NCBI GenBank assembly: GCA_965218435.1
Contig: CBDCKW010000009.1
Location: 2,240,001-2,304,000 of the forward strand
DNA length: 64,000 bases
Direction: 5' to 3'
Source: Truepera sp.
GTDB lineage: Bacteria; Deinococcota; Deinococci; Deinococcales; Trueperaceae
Shown: positions 1-9,489 of the stretch, piece by piece
Layout of the letters: each line of letters opens with the position of its first letter
Numbering within the stretch: position 1 is the stretch's first letter
Position numbers and translations under genes: made by a program
The notes under the pieces: generated by a model
Seen by the model: only the letters and a program-made list of their open reading frames with translations
Told to the model about the DNA's origin: nothing
The model's database searches: none

Positions 1-1
1 G

Positions 2-379
2 GGCCGCAGCACCTTTTCGGTCACACAGGCGAATTTAGAGACCGGCCTGATTACCGCCGTGCGTAACGAACGCGGCGCGTCAGCCAACGTCCAGTACCGC
101 TACCCCGAAGACGACGCCGACATCGGGAGCCGCTCCGGGTCGTTTTTTCCCGGTCTGGGCCTCGCCCTGACGTTGCCGGTGCAGACCTCGAGCCCCCAAC
201 AAACGATTATTACGATTGTCATTCGCAAAGTCGGCAACCAAGCCTCGCTCATCTACTCGGCGCAAGGCCCCGACGGCACGAGTTCAAACGACGGCACGAG
301 GCTGATGCGAATTGTGGTTATGGACCTCAACGCACAGTTTTTAGCGCCGGAGACGCCGCTCGAGCCCGCCAATCCGTAA
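2..379 (+). CDS. Hypothetical protein, 5'-truncated by the window edge
   Basis: Frame is open from base 2 (GRSTFSVTQANLETGLITAVRNER...) to TAA at 377-379 and is followed by a hairpin. Confidence 0.6.
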   Translation, partial: GRSTFSVTQANLETGLITAVRNERGASANVQYRYPEDDADIGSRSGSFFPGLGLALTLPVQTSSPQQTIITIVIRKVGNQASLIYSAQGPDGTSSNDGTRLMRIVVMDLNAQFLAPETPLEPANP

Positions 380-397
380 AGCTCGTGACAAAAAGAT

Positions 398-425
398 AAG
401 CGACGGGAACCTTGACCCGTCGCTT
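398..425. terminator. Hairpin between convergent genes, probable bidirectional terminator
   Basis: AAGCGACGGG-8 nt loop-CCCGTCGCTT. Confidence 0.7.
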
Positions 426-443
426 GTTCTAGGTTTGAGGCCG

Positions 444-1724
444 TTACTCGAGTCTCTCCTTACCTACAAACGGCCGTAACACCTCCGGCACCGTCACACT
501 GCCGTCTGCCCGTTGATAATTTTCTAAAATCGCCGCGACCATCCGCACCATGCCGAAGGCGCTGCCGTTTAGCGTGTGTACCAGCTCCGTTTTGCCCTTG
601 CCCTGTGCGCCGCCTTCACGGAAGCGGGTGCCGAGCCGCCGCGCCTGAAAATCGGTGATGTTGGAGACGCTACTGACCTCGAGCCACCGCCCCTGCCCCG
701 CGCTCCAGACCTCGAGGTCGTACTTCTTAGCCTGCGTAAAGCCCATGTCGCCCGTACACATCAACAGTCGGCGGTAGGGCAGCCTGAGCATATCGAGCAG
801 ATGTTCAGACAAGGCCGTCATCTCCTCGAGGACTTTGTAACTTTCTTCCGGGCGGACAAACTGCACCATCTCTACTTTGTCAAACTGATGGCTCCGGTTC
901 AGGCCCCGCACATGCGCGCCGTAACTCCCCGCTTCGCGGCGAAAGCAGGCACTCGCAGTCGTATACCGAAGCGGCAGCGCCGCCTCGTCTAAAATTTCGT
1001 CACGGTGCAAGTTCGTCAGCACTAACTCCGACGTCGGGATGAGGTAAAAGCCGTCGGTCACCCGGTACATCTGCCCTTCTTTGTCAGGGAGTTGGCCGGT
1101 GGCGGTGGCGCTGTCGGCGTTGACCATCAGCGGCACCGAAACCTCGGTGTAGCCTGCGTCGGCGAGTGAGTTGAGGCAATACTGAATCAGCCCGCGCAAG
1201 AGCCGCGCGCCGCCGCCCTTAAAGATGGGAAACCCTGCGCCTGTCGTTTTAACGCCCGCCTCGAGGTCAATCCAACCCCGCGCCGCTGCCAGCTCCCAGT
1301 GCGGTTTGGGATCAAAGTCAAAAGCGGGTTTGTCGCCACGCTCAAACATCACCTGATTGTCGTGCTCGGACGCGCCGTAGGGCACGCTTTCGTCGGGCAA
1401 GTTGGGTAGCTCGAGCAGTAGCCCGCCGAGCTGCGCCTCTAGGCTGCGGCTCTTTTCTTCAAGGCGCTTGACCTCGTCACTCACCGCGCCCATCTCACGG
1501 ATAAGCTCGTCGGCACTTTCGCCACGTCGTTTAAGCTGACCGATCTCTTTACTGCTGGCGTTGCGCTCGGCTTGTTTGGCCTCTAAATCGCCTCGCAAAA
1601 GCCGGTGCTCTTCGTCTACTAAGAGGGCCTGATTCAGCGCCTCTAACGCTTCGGGCAGCTGCTTGGCGCGAACCGCGCGCCGCACCGCCTCGGGATGGTC
1701 ACGGATAAGCCGTAAGTCGAGCAT
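444..1724 (-). CDS. serS: Serine--tRNA ligase
   Basis: N-terminal coiled coil MLDLRLIR; class II motifs LIPTSE, FRREAGS, HQFDKVE, EVSSVSN, HTLNGS. Confidence 0.98.
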   Translation of the reverse strand: MLDLRLIRDHPEAVRRAVRAKQLPEALEALNQALLVDEEHRLLRGDLEAKQAERNASSKEIGQLKRRGESADELIREMGAVSDEVKRLEEKSRSLEAQLGGLLLELPNLPDESVPYGASEHDNQVMFERGDKPAFDFDPKPHWELAAARGWIDLEAGVKTTGAGFPIFKGGGARLLRGLIQYCLNSLADAGYTEVSVPLMVNADSATATGQLPDKEGQMYRVTDGFYLIPTSELVLTNLHRDEILDEAALPLRYTTASACFRREAGSYGAHVRGLNRSHQFDKVEMVQFVRPEESYKVLEEMTALSEHLLDMLRLPYRRLLMCTGDMGFTQAKKYDLEVWSAGQGRWLEVSSVSNITDFQARRLGTRFREGGAQGKGKTELVHTLNGSAFGMVRMVAAILENYQRADGSVTVPEVLRPFVGKERLE

Positions 1725-1757
1725 TTTATAAGCCTACCCGAAAGCTTAAGTATTGGG

Positions 1758-2561
1758 CTAAACTCGAGCCTCAAACAGCCCCGTCGCCCTGGTAATTCGC
1801 ACCTCGCCCGTTTCGGCGAGGGCTCGCTCAACCCGTTCCCGTAACGCCGCCATCTTTTTAGCGTCGTTTTTGAGGTCGGCTGGCGTGACTGACAGGATGT
1901 AAGCAAGCAGTGGGTCGGCTTCGGTGACGAGCAGGTCGGGGTCGCCGGGGGGCCGGTGCAGTATGACGGAAGAAAAGTAAGGCTCGAGGTAGCCCACGCC
2001 GGTCTCGAGTTCAAAACTCGTCACGTGATTGTTTTGCAAACCTAGATGAACCGCGCCGTCAGCCGTTAGGTCTTGCGAAAGGTCATCTAGTTCGTGCAGA
2101 TGATCCTTACCGTTCGTCGCCGCAAAGAGCCGCCCGCCGGGTTTGAGGACGCGCCGCACTTCGCTTAGCGCCCTGGGCAAATCGGGTACGTGGTAGAGCA
2201 TGTGGTTAGCGACTACGGCGTCAAACGTCGCGTCGTCAAAGGGTAAGGTCTGTGCGTCAGCCACAGTAAAGGTGAAGTTAGGCGCGCCTTGAAGACAGGT
2301 TTGCGCTTCGGCAATCATCCCGGCTGAGAGGTCGGTCAGCGTGACCTGCCAGTTTTGCGGCAGTCGGTCCAGGTTTTCACGCCAGAGTTTGGCAGGACCA
2401 GCGCCCAGCTCGAGCACCCGTGCCCTGTCCGGCAGCTCGAGGTGGTCAAAGACCCAGCGGTGCCAGTTCACCCCGTTCACGCTAAAACGGCGGTGAAGGG
2501 CGGCTCGAGCGTCTAAGTTCGAGGCGTCTTGGTACTGTTCGGCTAGAGACATGTTGGTCAT
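1758..2561 (-). CDS. Class I SAM-dependent methyltransferase
   Basis: VLELGAGP motif I, ADAQTLPF, FDAVVANHMLYHV, VLKPGG. Confidence 0.9.
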   Translation of the reverse strand: MTNMSLAEQYQDASNLDARAALHRRFSVNGVNWHRWVFDHLELPDRARVLELGAGPAKLWRENLDRLPQNWQVTLTDLSAGMIAEAQTCLQGAPNFTFTVADAQTLPFDDATFDAVVANHMLYHVPDLPRALSEVRRVLKPGGRLFAATNGKDHLHELDDLSQDLTADGAVHLGLQNNHVTSFELETGVGYLEPYFSSVILHRPPGDPDLLVTEADPLLAYILSVTPADLKNDAKKMAALRERVERALAETGEVRITRATGLFEARV

Positions 2562-2647
2562 AGCTTTACCTTACCTAATACACCAGAGGCCGAAGGATAG
2601 GCCGGGCTCCGGCACCGCCAGTTTTTACCCCTGATGCTTGCTTCTTA

Positions 2648-3394
2648 CTACTTATTGACCACATCTTCAAAACGTTTTTCCCAGGCGGTGTAGTTGCCTT
2701 TCGACCCGAGCACGAAGGGCGACAAGCCAATCGCTTTGATCAGTCCCCGGTTCAAGGTCGCCGCTGAGAGCCGCATCGGGCGGATAAAATCCACGAAGAG
2801 CACCACGCGGTCTTCGCCGGTATCGTTCCACGCCTCGTGGTCGTAGGTATCGTCAAAGATTAGGCTTTTGCCCTCTTCCCAGTGCCGGGTTTCGTCGACG
2901 ACGCGGATGCCGCAGGCGCTCGTCGGTTCGGGGATTTTAAGACCCAGGTGATAACGGATCACGCCTCTGTACGGGCCACGGTGCGGCGGCAGGTGCTTGT
3001 GCGGACCCAAAATCGAGAAAAACGCGGTGGTCATCCCCGGAATCTTGTGGAGGAGTTGGGCTGTTTTCGGGCAACGCTCAATCGTCCCGGCTTTAACGCC
3101 GTAAGCGTAAAAAAAGTAGGTCTTCCAGCCGTTGTCTTTGGATAAACTGGCCTGCTCCGGTGAGATGTCTTGAAAGTTGGGCAGCTCGTCACGGTAGGCC
3201 ATCACGCCGTCGAGTTCTTTACGGATAACTGTCCAGTTAGCCTCGAGTTCTTCGGCCCAGGGAAACACCTCGACGTCAAAAAACGCCGGGTTCCCAACCT
3301 TTGACGAGGCGGTGTAAAGGCGGTCCATCCCCTCGACACCCCCTTTAAGTACGTCAAAGGCTCTGTCCCTCGCGTTTGTCTGCCAGCTTGCCAT
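2648..3394 (-). CDS. Aspartyl/asparaginyl beta-hydroxylase-domain Fe(II)/2-oxoglutarate dioxygenase
   Basis: AFFSILGP..HLPPHRGP, RYHLGL, WEEGKSLIFDDTYDHEAWN, RVVLFVD. Confidence 0.9.
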   Translation of the reverse strand: MASWQTNARDRAFDVLKGGVEGMDRLYTASSKVGNPAFFDVEVFPWAEELEANWTVIRKELDGVMAYRDELPNFQDISPEQASLSKDNGWKTYFFYAYGVKAGTIERCPKTAQLLHKIPGMTTAFFSILGPHKHLPPHRGPYRGVIRYHLGLKIPEPTSACGIRVVDETRHWEEGKSLIFDDTYDHEAWNDTGEDRVVLFVDFIRPMRLSAATLNRGLIKAIGLSPFVLGSKGNYTAWEKRFEDVVNK

Positions 3395-3510
3395 GTCGTT
3401 CTCCTCTCACGAGTCCTCGAGACCAGTTATAACAGATTGCAGAAATACGGGTGCGCTCGAGGCTGGGCCTAACGGCAGGGACTTTAGCCAGTTTGCCGCA
3501 CTACCTCGTG

Positions 3511-4818
3511 CTACCTCTCCCGCACCCGCATCTTGATGCCTTCTAGCGGCCCACCCGTCCCCTGATAGACCTGCACGACCTCTTGCCCCGGTTCCGGTGT
3601 GAGGTCGTAACGCCGGAGGATCGCCGCCGCCATCGCCTTGATCTCCACGGTGGCAAAGTTCATCCCGATACAGACCCTCGGCCCACCGCCAAAGCCGACC
3701 AGCGCGTAAGGGTGCTGTTTGTCCTCCTCCCGGGGCGGCGCAAAGCGGTCGGGGTCAAACCGCTCAGGTTCCCGCCAAATGTGCGGGAGCAGATGGCTAG
3801 CAGCAACCGAATAGAGCACCCGCTGGCCCGCCGGGACGGTGTAACCGTGAAAGGTAAACGCTTGCGTGTTGCCCCTAGGTCCGTTTGCGACGGGTGGGTA
3901 GAGGCGTTCGGCTTCGGAGAGGGCGTAGCCCAAGACTTTCATCGCTTTGAGCGCCTCCAAGTGTGGTTCGTTGTCGCCCAATGCTCCGTTAACCTCTTGT
4001 CTCACTCTTGCCAAGTACTCAGGATGCGTGCTGAGTAGATACAAAAGCCACGCACTCAGGCTCGTCGAGGTCTCGTGTCCGGCGACCAGCAAGATGTTGA
4101 GGTGGCCTAAGAGCTGGGCGTCGGTGAGAGCTTTGCCCTCGTCGTCCCTGGCCTGCACCAAAATACCCAAGATGTCGTGGGTGGGTTCTTTTCGGCGGGC
4201 TTCAATTTGTGCTTGTAGCAAAGGCATCAAGGTATCGCGGGCAGCACGTGACGAGGCGAAGAATTCTTCTTCTGATCTAGCCTTGGGGTCGCCCTGCAGC
4301 AAGGTCACGAACAGCTCCCGAAAGCGGTCAACCTGCGGGCCAGCCGAGAAGCCTACCAGCGCCTCGGCTGCTACATCAAAGGTGATCTTACGGGCTTCGT
4401 CGTAGAGGTCAACGACGCCCCGCTCGCCCCAGTCGGCGATGCGTGCGCCGATCACCCGGTTCATAATGGGTAAATAGCGGTCCATATAGCGGGTGGCAAA
4501 GGCTGGGTTCATCATTTTACGCTGGCTGTCGTGGTCGGGGCCGTCCATGTTGAGGAGCCCCCGACCCATGATATGACCGATCATCGGCGTCCAACCGAGG
4601 TCGTGTGAGAACAGCTCGCGGTGACTTAAGAGCATAAAGCGGTTAGCTTCGGGGCCGACCATATAGACGACTCGGTAGCCGGGCCAGTCAGCCGTAAAGA
4701 TGGGGCCGTACTTTTCATAACAGTCAGCCAGAAAAGGGCCGACCCTAAAGGGATAATCGTCGGGAATCGTGACGTGGGGCAGCTCGTCAAGCCCCTTGGT
4801 AGGCGTTTCAGTCGTCAT
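3511..4818 (-). CDS. Cytochrome P450
   Basis: I-helix AGHETS, ExxR (EAER), PERFDPDRF, heme ligand FGGGPRVCIG; AAGGAGG RBS. Confidence 0.97.
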   Translation of the reverse strand: MTTETPTKGLDELPHVTIPDDYPFRVGPFLADCYEKYGPIFTADWPGYRVVYMVGPEANRFMLLSHRELFSHDLGWTPMIGHIMGRGLLNMDGPDHDSQRKMMNPAFATRYMDRYLPIMNRVIGARIADWGERGVVDLYDEARKITFDVAAEALVGFSAGPQVDRFRELFVTLLQGDPKARSEEEFFASSRAARDTLMPLLQAQIEARRKEPTHDILGILVQARDDEGKALTDAQLLGHLNILLVAGHETSTSLSAWLLYLLSTHPEYLARVRQEVNGALGDNEPHLEALKAMKVLGYALSEAERLYPPVANGPRGNTQAFTFHGYTVPAGQRVLYSVAASHLLPHIWREPERFDPDRFAPPREEDKQHPYALVGFGGGPRVCIGMNFATVEIKAMAAAILRRYDLTPEPGQEVVQVYQGTGGPLEGIKMRVRER

Positions 4819-5010
4819 CGGTACCTCCTTACCCTTTACGGTACAGCGAGAAGGCGAAAAGCGTGTAGGGCCGACGGCAAAGCCCGTACCCGGTAGGGCT
4901 ACGGTGATAGACCTTCGCGTCTAGGGCAGCGTGCGTTATTCATTTCGCCACCACAATATTGTCTTAAAGGAGTTGAGGGCTACTAGGCAGATAGGTTGCA
5001 ACGCCAAACG

Positions 5011-5036
5011 AGCCCCTCTTGTAACTAAAAGGGGCT
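5011..5036. terminator. Hairpin, possible terminator downstream of the SDR gene
   Basis: AGCCCCTCTT-GTAACT-AAAAGGGGCT. Confidence 0.4.
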
Positions 5037-5296
5037 GGCTGGGCGCATATAGCGGTTCGTACTGAGTGCAAATCCCGCAGGAATCATCTCAGAATGTGCG
5101 TGTCAAACTGTGTATAAATCTCTTAGAGCGTTTCAAACCAGCTGATGTGCCTGCCTGTGCCCTACGAGGGTATGCCCCGCAAAGGTATATCCCCAGGGTA
5201 TACCTGCTGCAACGGTTTCAAATCAGAAACGCTCTACATCTCTATGGTCGTCAGTTCTATCACCGTATGGGTCAACAAGGTCGCTGCGTGCTCGTA

Positions 5297-6058
5297 TTAT
5301 CCTTGAGCACTCACAGCATCGTTAAACTGTTTGAAAAAGGCGTCATAGCCCCCACTAATCTCGGCAAAACGTAGCGGCTTTACCCGCTCTACTAAGACCT
5401 CGGTTACATCAGGTGACGTTTCTAGAATGTTCATTGTCTCGGCGATAAAGTCCTCTAGCGGCAGGTAGTCGGGGTTGGTGGCCTGCTCAGGGCCCATCAG
5501 TTCTGTTTGCACGGCGGGGGGAACGAGTTCGATGACTTGTACCTGCGTGTCTCTAAGTTGGTAACGCAGCGACTGCGTATACGAATGGATGGCGGCTTTC
5601 GTAGCGTTATAGGTCGGAGTCAGCGCCATCGGCATAAAAGCCAGGCCCGATGAGACGGTCATCACCGTCGCTTGGGGCTGAGTTTCTAACAGGGGCAACA
5701 GCGCCGCCGTCAAGCGGATCGGGCCGAGCAAGTTGGTCATGATCGTCGCCTCGGCGTCCCCTAACGCACCCTCTTGTAGGGATTCTGCTCGCATAATGCC
5801 CGCATTGTTAATGAGCACGTTGAGCGCCGGATACTCAGCCCCTAGCTGTTCAGCAAAGCTTCTGATGGCGTCGGCGTCTTGCACGTCGAGCACCGCCGAC
5901 TTCATTCCCGGATTTGCGGCGGTGACCTCCTCGAGCGCCCCCTTCCGGCGGCCGGTAATAATGACCTGATTGCCGAGGGCGTGAAACTGTTCAGCTAGAG
6001 CGCGGCCGATGCCGGAGCTCCCGCCCGTGATCAGCACCATGTTGTTTTTTACGTTCAT
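5297..6058 (-). CDS. Short-chain dehydrogenase/reductase (DltE-like)
   Basis: TGGSSGIG, NNAGI, YNATKAA; start set at ATG 6058 behind GGAGG. Confidence 0.93.
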   Translation of the reverse strand: MNVKNNMVLITGGSSGIGRALAEQFHALGNQVIITGRRKGALEEVTAANPGMKSAVLDVQDADAIRSFAEQLGAEYPALNVLINNAGIMRAESLQEGALGDAEATIMTNLLGPIRLTAALLPLLETQPQATVMTVSSGLAFMPMALTPTYNATKAAIHSYTQSLRYQLRDTQVQVIELVPPAVQTELMGPEQATNPDYLPLEDFIAETMNILETSPDVTEVLVERVKPLRFAEISGGYDAFFKQFNDAVSAQG

Positions 6059-6144
6059 TTTGTGACCTCCTAGGTTGTACTGTAAGATAAGTACGAACCG
6101 ATAGGAAGTAGGCACCGCAAAGTTCTATACTTACCCAGGAGATA

Positions 6145-6582
6145 GTGAAAATGACCGACGGACTTAAAAGCTACGAAAAAGCTTTACATGGCGACGTCCC
6201 ACTTTCGGAGTTAGGAAGAGACGACCCTGAACTTGAGGCGCTCGTCAGGGAAATTATCGGACGCGTCGCCGATAAATGGACGATGCTTGCCTTGGAGGTT
6301 TTAGAAGAGTACGGACGGTTGCGGTTTACACGGCTCGGTGAGCTTATCGGCGGCGTCAGTCAAAAGATGCTGACCAAAACGCTGCGGCAAATGGAAGCAG
6401 ACGGTCTCTTGGTGCGCACGGTTTATCCGGTCGTACCGCCCCGAGTCGAATATGAGCTGACCGACATGGGTCACAGCTTGGGAGCTGCTTTTTGCGGTGT
6501 GTGGGTGTGGGCCGACGAGAACCGAGAGGCCGTCGCACGGTCGCGGAGAGCGTTTCAGACGCAGGCAGAACAGGCGCGGTGA
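6145..6582 (+). CDS. HxlR-family winged-helix regulator, divergent from the SDR
   Basis: DKWTML..RFTRL..GVSQKMLTKTLRQMEADGL..PPRVEYELT. Confidence 0.95.
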   Translation: MKMTDGLKSYEKALHGDVPLSELGRDDPELEALVREIIGRVADKWTMLALEVLEEYGRLRFTRLGELIGGVSQKMLTKTLRQMEADGLLVRTVYPVVPPRVEYELTDMGHSLGAAFCGVWVWADENREAVARSRRAFQTQAEQAR

Positions 6583-6584
6583 CC

Positions 6585-8060
6585 CTACTTATTCCCGCGA
6601 AGCTGCGTAATTTGCCCCAACCAGCGGTCAAACAGCGGCACCACCGGGTTTTCACGCGCTGTGACGATATCTATGTGGGTAAACCCGGGGATCACGTAGC
6701 TCGAGAACAGCGCACTCGCCCGCAGGTTGCTGTACGCCGAAAACCCGTCGAGGTCGGTGACCAGGCCGCGTCCCGCACCAATGGCCAGCGTCGGCGCGGT
6801 CACCTCGCTGTGCGCGGCAAAGTCGGCGCGGCTAGAGAGGTCGAGGGGCAGCTCGCTCATGTCTACCAAAAGCCGGAGCGGAAAGTACCACTCGTTAAAG
6901 TCGCTTTGCAGCGTCACGCGGGCGCGCAAATAGGCGGCCATGTCGGTGTATTCATGCACCGGGTCGCCGGGGCTCCAGCTCACCTTGGCAGAGCCGGGCG
7001 CAACTCCGGCGACGGTACGGCTCGAGCTGCTACCGAGGCCGTCAAGCAAAAACGCGATCACGTTGCCGCCGTAACGTGCGCCGACCGCCTCACCGAGCGA
7101 GGCACCAAACGTCGCCGAAGGTGCGTAATCTTCGTCGGCGCGAACACCGACATAGGCCAGATTCGTAATTGGAAAGGCAGTATCGGGGGCGAGGGCGTCA
7201 GGCTTAAAGCGGGCCAGCAGCGCCCGCGACTCTTGTTGTCCGTAAAACCCCGGTCCGAGGCCGAAAGCTAAAAACGGAGAACCGTGTCCGGCGTCAAACC
7301 CGGTGGCGGCGGGAATCAGCTCGAGGTTCCCGAGTGACAGTCCCGCAGTCAGACCAAACGCCCCGGTACGCCCGAGTGTTCCGTCAAGGAGTAAAAGCCC
7401 GTCGAGTTGCGCGTCTCCCAACCCGTTGGCAAACCGGTACGCCGCGTAAAAACTTACCAGGCTCGCGCCGAGCGAGTGACCCCCCAAAACGACGGTCTCA
7501 GCCTTTGCGTTCGCCTCTTCGACGACCGCGTGTAGGTCGCGCAGGTGCGTCACAAGCCCCCAGCGGCGCATAAACCCGGCATCTTTTACGGGAACCGCGT
7601 TAAACCCGGCGGGTGTTCCGGCGTCCTCACCGTAGTAGCGGTAGGCGGTCTCCGGATTGTGGCTGCGGAGGCTTTGACGCAGGGCGCTGGGGTCTTCTAA
7701 CGCGTTCGCGCGGCGGTCTATCGCCCAAACCTCGAGCCCCGCACGGCTGGCGACGAGTTGCCGCGCCAAGATGTCAAAACTCGCCGCGCCGCCGAAGATT
7801 CCCGGCATCAAGATTAAAACGGTATTGGGGTCTTCCCCACCGAGCGCGTAGTAGCGCAGGTAAAAGGTGCGGTTAAGGCGTTCGGGCGTCCCTACGGTGT
7901 TTTCACCGGGAAGCGAGACGTACTGCGTCCCAACGCGCCGGGGCTCGAGGCGCTGCGGCGCGGTCGGGAGCTTCAGGTCGGCGCGCAGGTTAGGGATCGG
8001 CAGACACCCTGCGAGCAAAGCGCCCAGAACCAGCACGGCAACCAAAACCCTACGCCTCAT
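6585..8060 (-). CDS. Alpha/beta-hydrolase lipoprotein
   Basis: Lipobox LLAGC, nucleophile elbow GHSLG, C-terminal GFTHID. Confidence 0.85.
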   Translation of the reverse strand: MRRRVLVAVLVLGALLAGCLPIPNLRADLKLPTAPQRLEPRRVGTQYVSLPGENTVGTPERLNRTFYLRYYALGGEDPNTVLILMPGIFGGAASFDILARQLVASRAGLEVWAIDRRANALEDPSALRQSLRSHNPETAYRYYGEDAGTPAGFNAVPVKDAGFMRRWGLVTHLRDLHAVVEEANAKAETVVLGGHSLGASLVSFYAAYRFANGLGDAQLDGLLLLDGTLGRTGAFGLTAGLSLGNLELIPAATGFDAGHGSPFLAFGLGPGFYGQQESRALLARFKPDALAPDTAFPITNLAYVGVRADEDYAPSATFGASLGEAVGARYGGNVIAFLLDGLGSSSSRTVAGVAPGSAKVSWSPGDPVHEYTDMAAYLRARVTLQSDFNEWYFPLRLLVDMSELPLDLSSRADFAAHSEVTAPTLAIGAGRGLVTDLDGFSAYSNLRASALFSSYVIPGFTHIDIVTARENPVVPLFDRWLGQITQLRGNK

Positions 8061-8416
8061 CTCAGAAGTTTATAGAATTGCCGCCCGCAAGGTGGTAACC
8101 GAACAAATTGCTCGGTGAGGCGCACTAAAAAACGCTTTGTGCCGACGACCGGAGCAGCTGACACGCGGGCGCGGTGAAGTCTTGCTAGCTGAATAAAAAG
8201 TTCTGGTAGAACCAGCTTGGCGTATGCTCCGCGCTTACCACAACGTAGCGCCAAAATCTTTCTGCACTTCTGAGATGATCCTCTAGACGCTGCTTGATTT
8301 GTCCAAGGAGCTGGACCAAGCAGGGTCGGACAGAACAGTATGTTTTGAGTGGTTACCAAGGAAACGTAAGTCGGGAGGCTGTCAAAGAGGCGGATTGTCC
8401 TTCTGGCCGTGCGGTC

Positions 8417-9448
8417 TCAGCGTCGGCGGAGTGAGGCTTGTAGCGACGGTGTCCCGTAGTTCCACGCGTTGTCGGCAACGCTAACCGTTGTTCCAGGCGG
8501 GACGATCTGGTCGATGCGGTCGAGAATGTCGTCGGACAGTTCGACACCGTCGGCGGCCAGGTAGCCGTCAAGGTGCTCCATGGTGCGCGGGCCAATAATA
8601 GCGGACGTAACCGCAGGGTGGCGGACGGCGAACGCGGTCGCCATCTGGACGAGCGTGAGCCCGGCTTCGTCAGCCAAAGCGCCAAGGGCGTCAGCAGCCT
8701 CAAACTTCGCGGCGTTAGCCGGGTTGGTGGCGTCGAGCGCGCCGCTCCTTGCGCGCACGGCGGTGCTCGGCCCGCTGATCTCCTGACCCTTTCTATACTT
8801 GCCTGACAGCCACCCGCCGTTCAGCGGACTAAAAGCTAATACGCCCATCCCAAGGCGGTGGCAGGTCGGTAGCAGGTCGTACTCGGTGGCGCGGGTAAGC
8901 ATAGAGTACGGCGGTTCCTCACTGCGGACATACCCGTAGCCGCGACGCTCAGCGACCCAGCGGGCTTCAACGAGCTGCGAGGCAGGCATTTTTGACGTTC
9001 CGAAAGAGCGAATCTTGCCTGCGCGTACGAGGTCGGTCAGCGCGCCAAGGGTTTCGTCCATGTCGGTGTCCGGGTCGGGGACGCCTACCTCATAGAGGTC
9101 GATCCAGTCCGTCTTAAGACGGCGTAGCGAGCCTTCGACCGCCTGCATGATCCATCGCCGCGACGCTCCGCCATGATTGGGGTTACCGTCGAACCGGACA
9201 CCGAATTTAACGGACACTACGACGTCCTTACGACGTCCATTCGCTAGCGCCTTGCCCAGAATCTCCTCGGATTCGCCAGCGGAGTAGCCGTCGGCGGTAT
9301 TGACGAAATTGATGCCAGCGTCCAGTGCTTTATGAATAATGCGAATAGACTCGTCGTGGTCACGGTTGCCGAAGGCACCAAACATCATCGCGCCCAGGCA
9401 CAGTTGGCTGACCGAAATGCCGGTACGCCCCAGAGGTCGGTATTCCAT
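8417..9448 (-). CDS. Aldo/keto reductase
   Basis: LGRTGISVSQLCLGAMMFG, SLRRLKTDWIDLY, GKIRSFGTS, SPLNGGWL. Confidence 0.95.
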   Translation of the reverse strand: MEYRPLGRTGISVSQLCLGAMMFGAFGNRDHDESIRIIHKALDAGINFVNTADGYSAGESEEILGKALANGRRKDVVVSVKFGVRFDGNPNHGGASRRWIMQAVEGSLRRLKTDWIDLYEVGVPDPDTDMDETLGALTDLVRAGKIRSFGTSKMPASQLVEARWVAERRGYGYVRSEEPPYSMLTRATEYDLLPTCHRLGMGVLAFSPLNGGWLSGKYRKGQEISGPSTAVRARSGALDATNPANAAKFEAADALGALADEAGLTLVQMATAFAVRHPAVTSAIIGPRTMEHLDGYLAADGVELSDDILDRIDQIVPPGTTVSVADNAWNYGTPSLQASLRRR

Positions 9449-9489
9449 ACAAAAACTCCTTATAGCTCACAAGCAAGCTTGCACCTAGT

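Noticed and set aside
5156..5210. Degenerate 13-15 bp repeats (TATGCCCCGCAAAGG-like) and ORF 5066-5374
   Set aside because: Units are too divergent to define a repeat family; the ORF overlaps the SDR 3' end and has no recognisable motif
6492..7271. 259-aa plus-strand ORF and the many similar antisense or alternate-frame ORFs in the track
   Set aside because: Shadow ORFs of GC-rich genes, Arg/Pro/Ser-rich and without motifs
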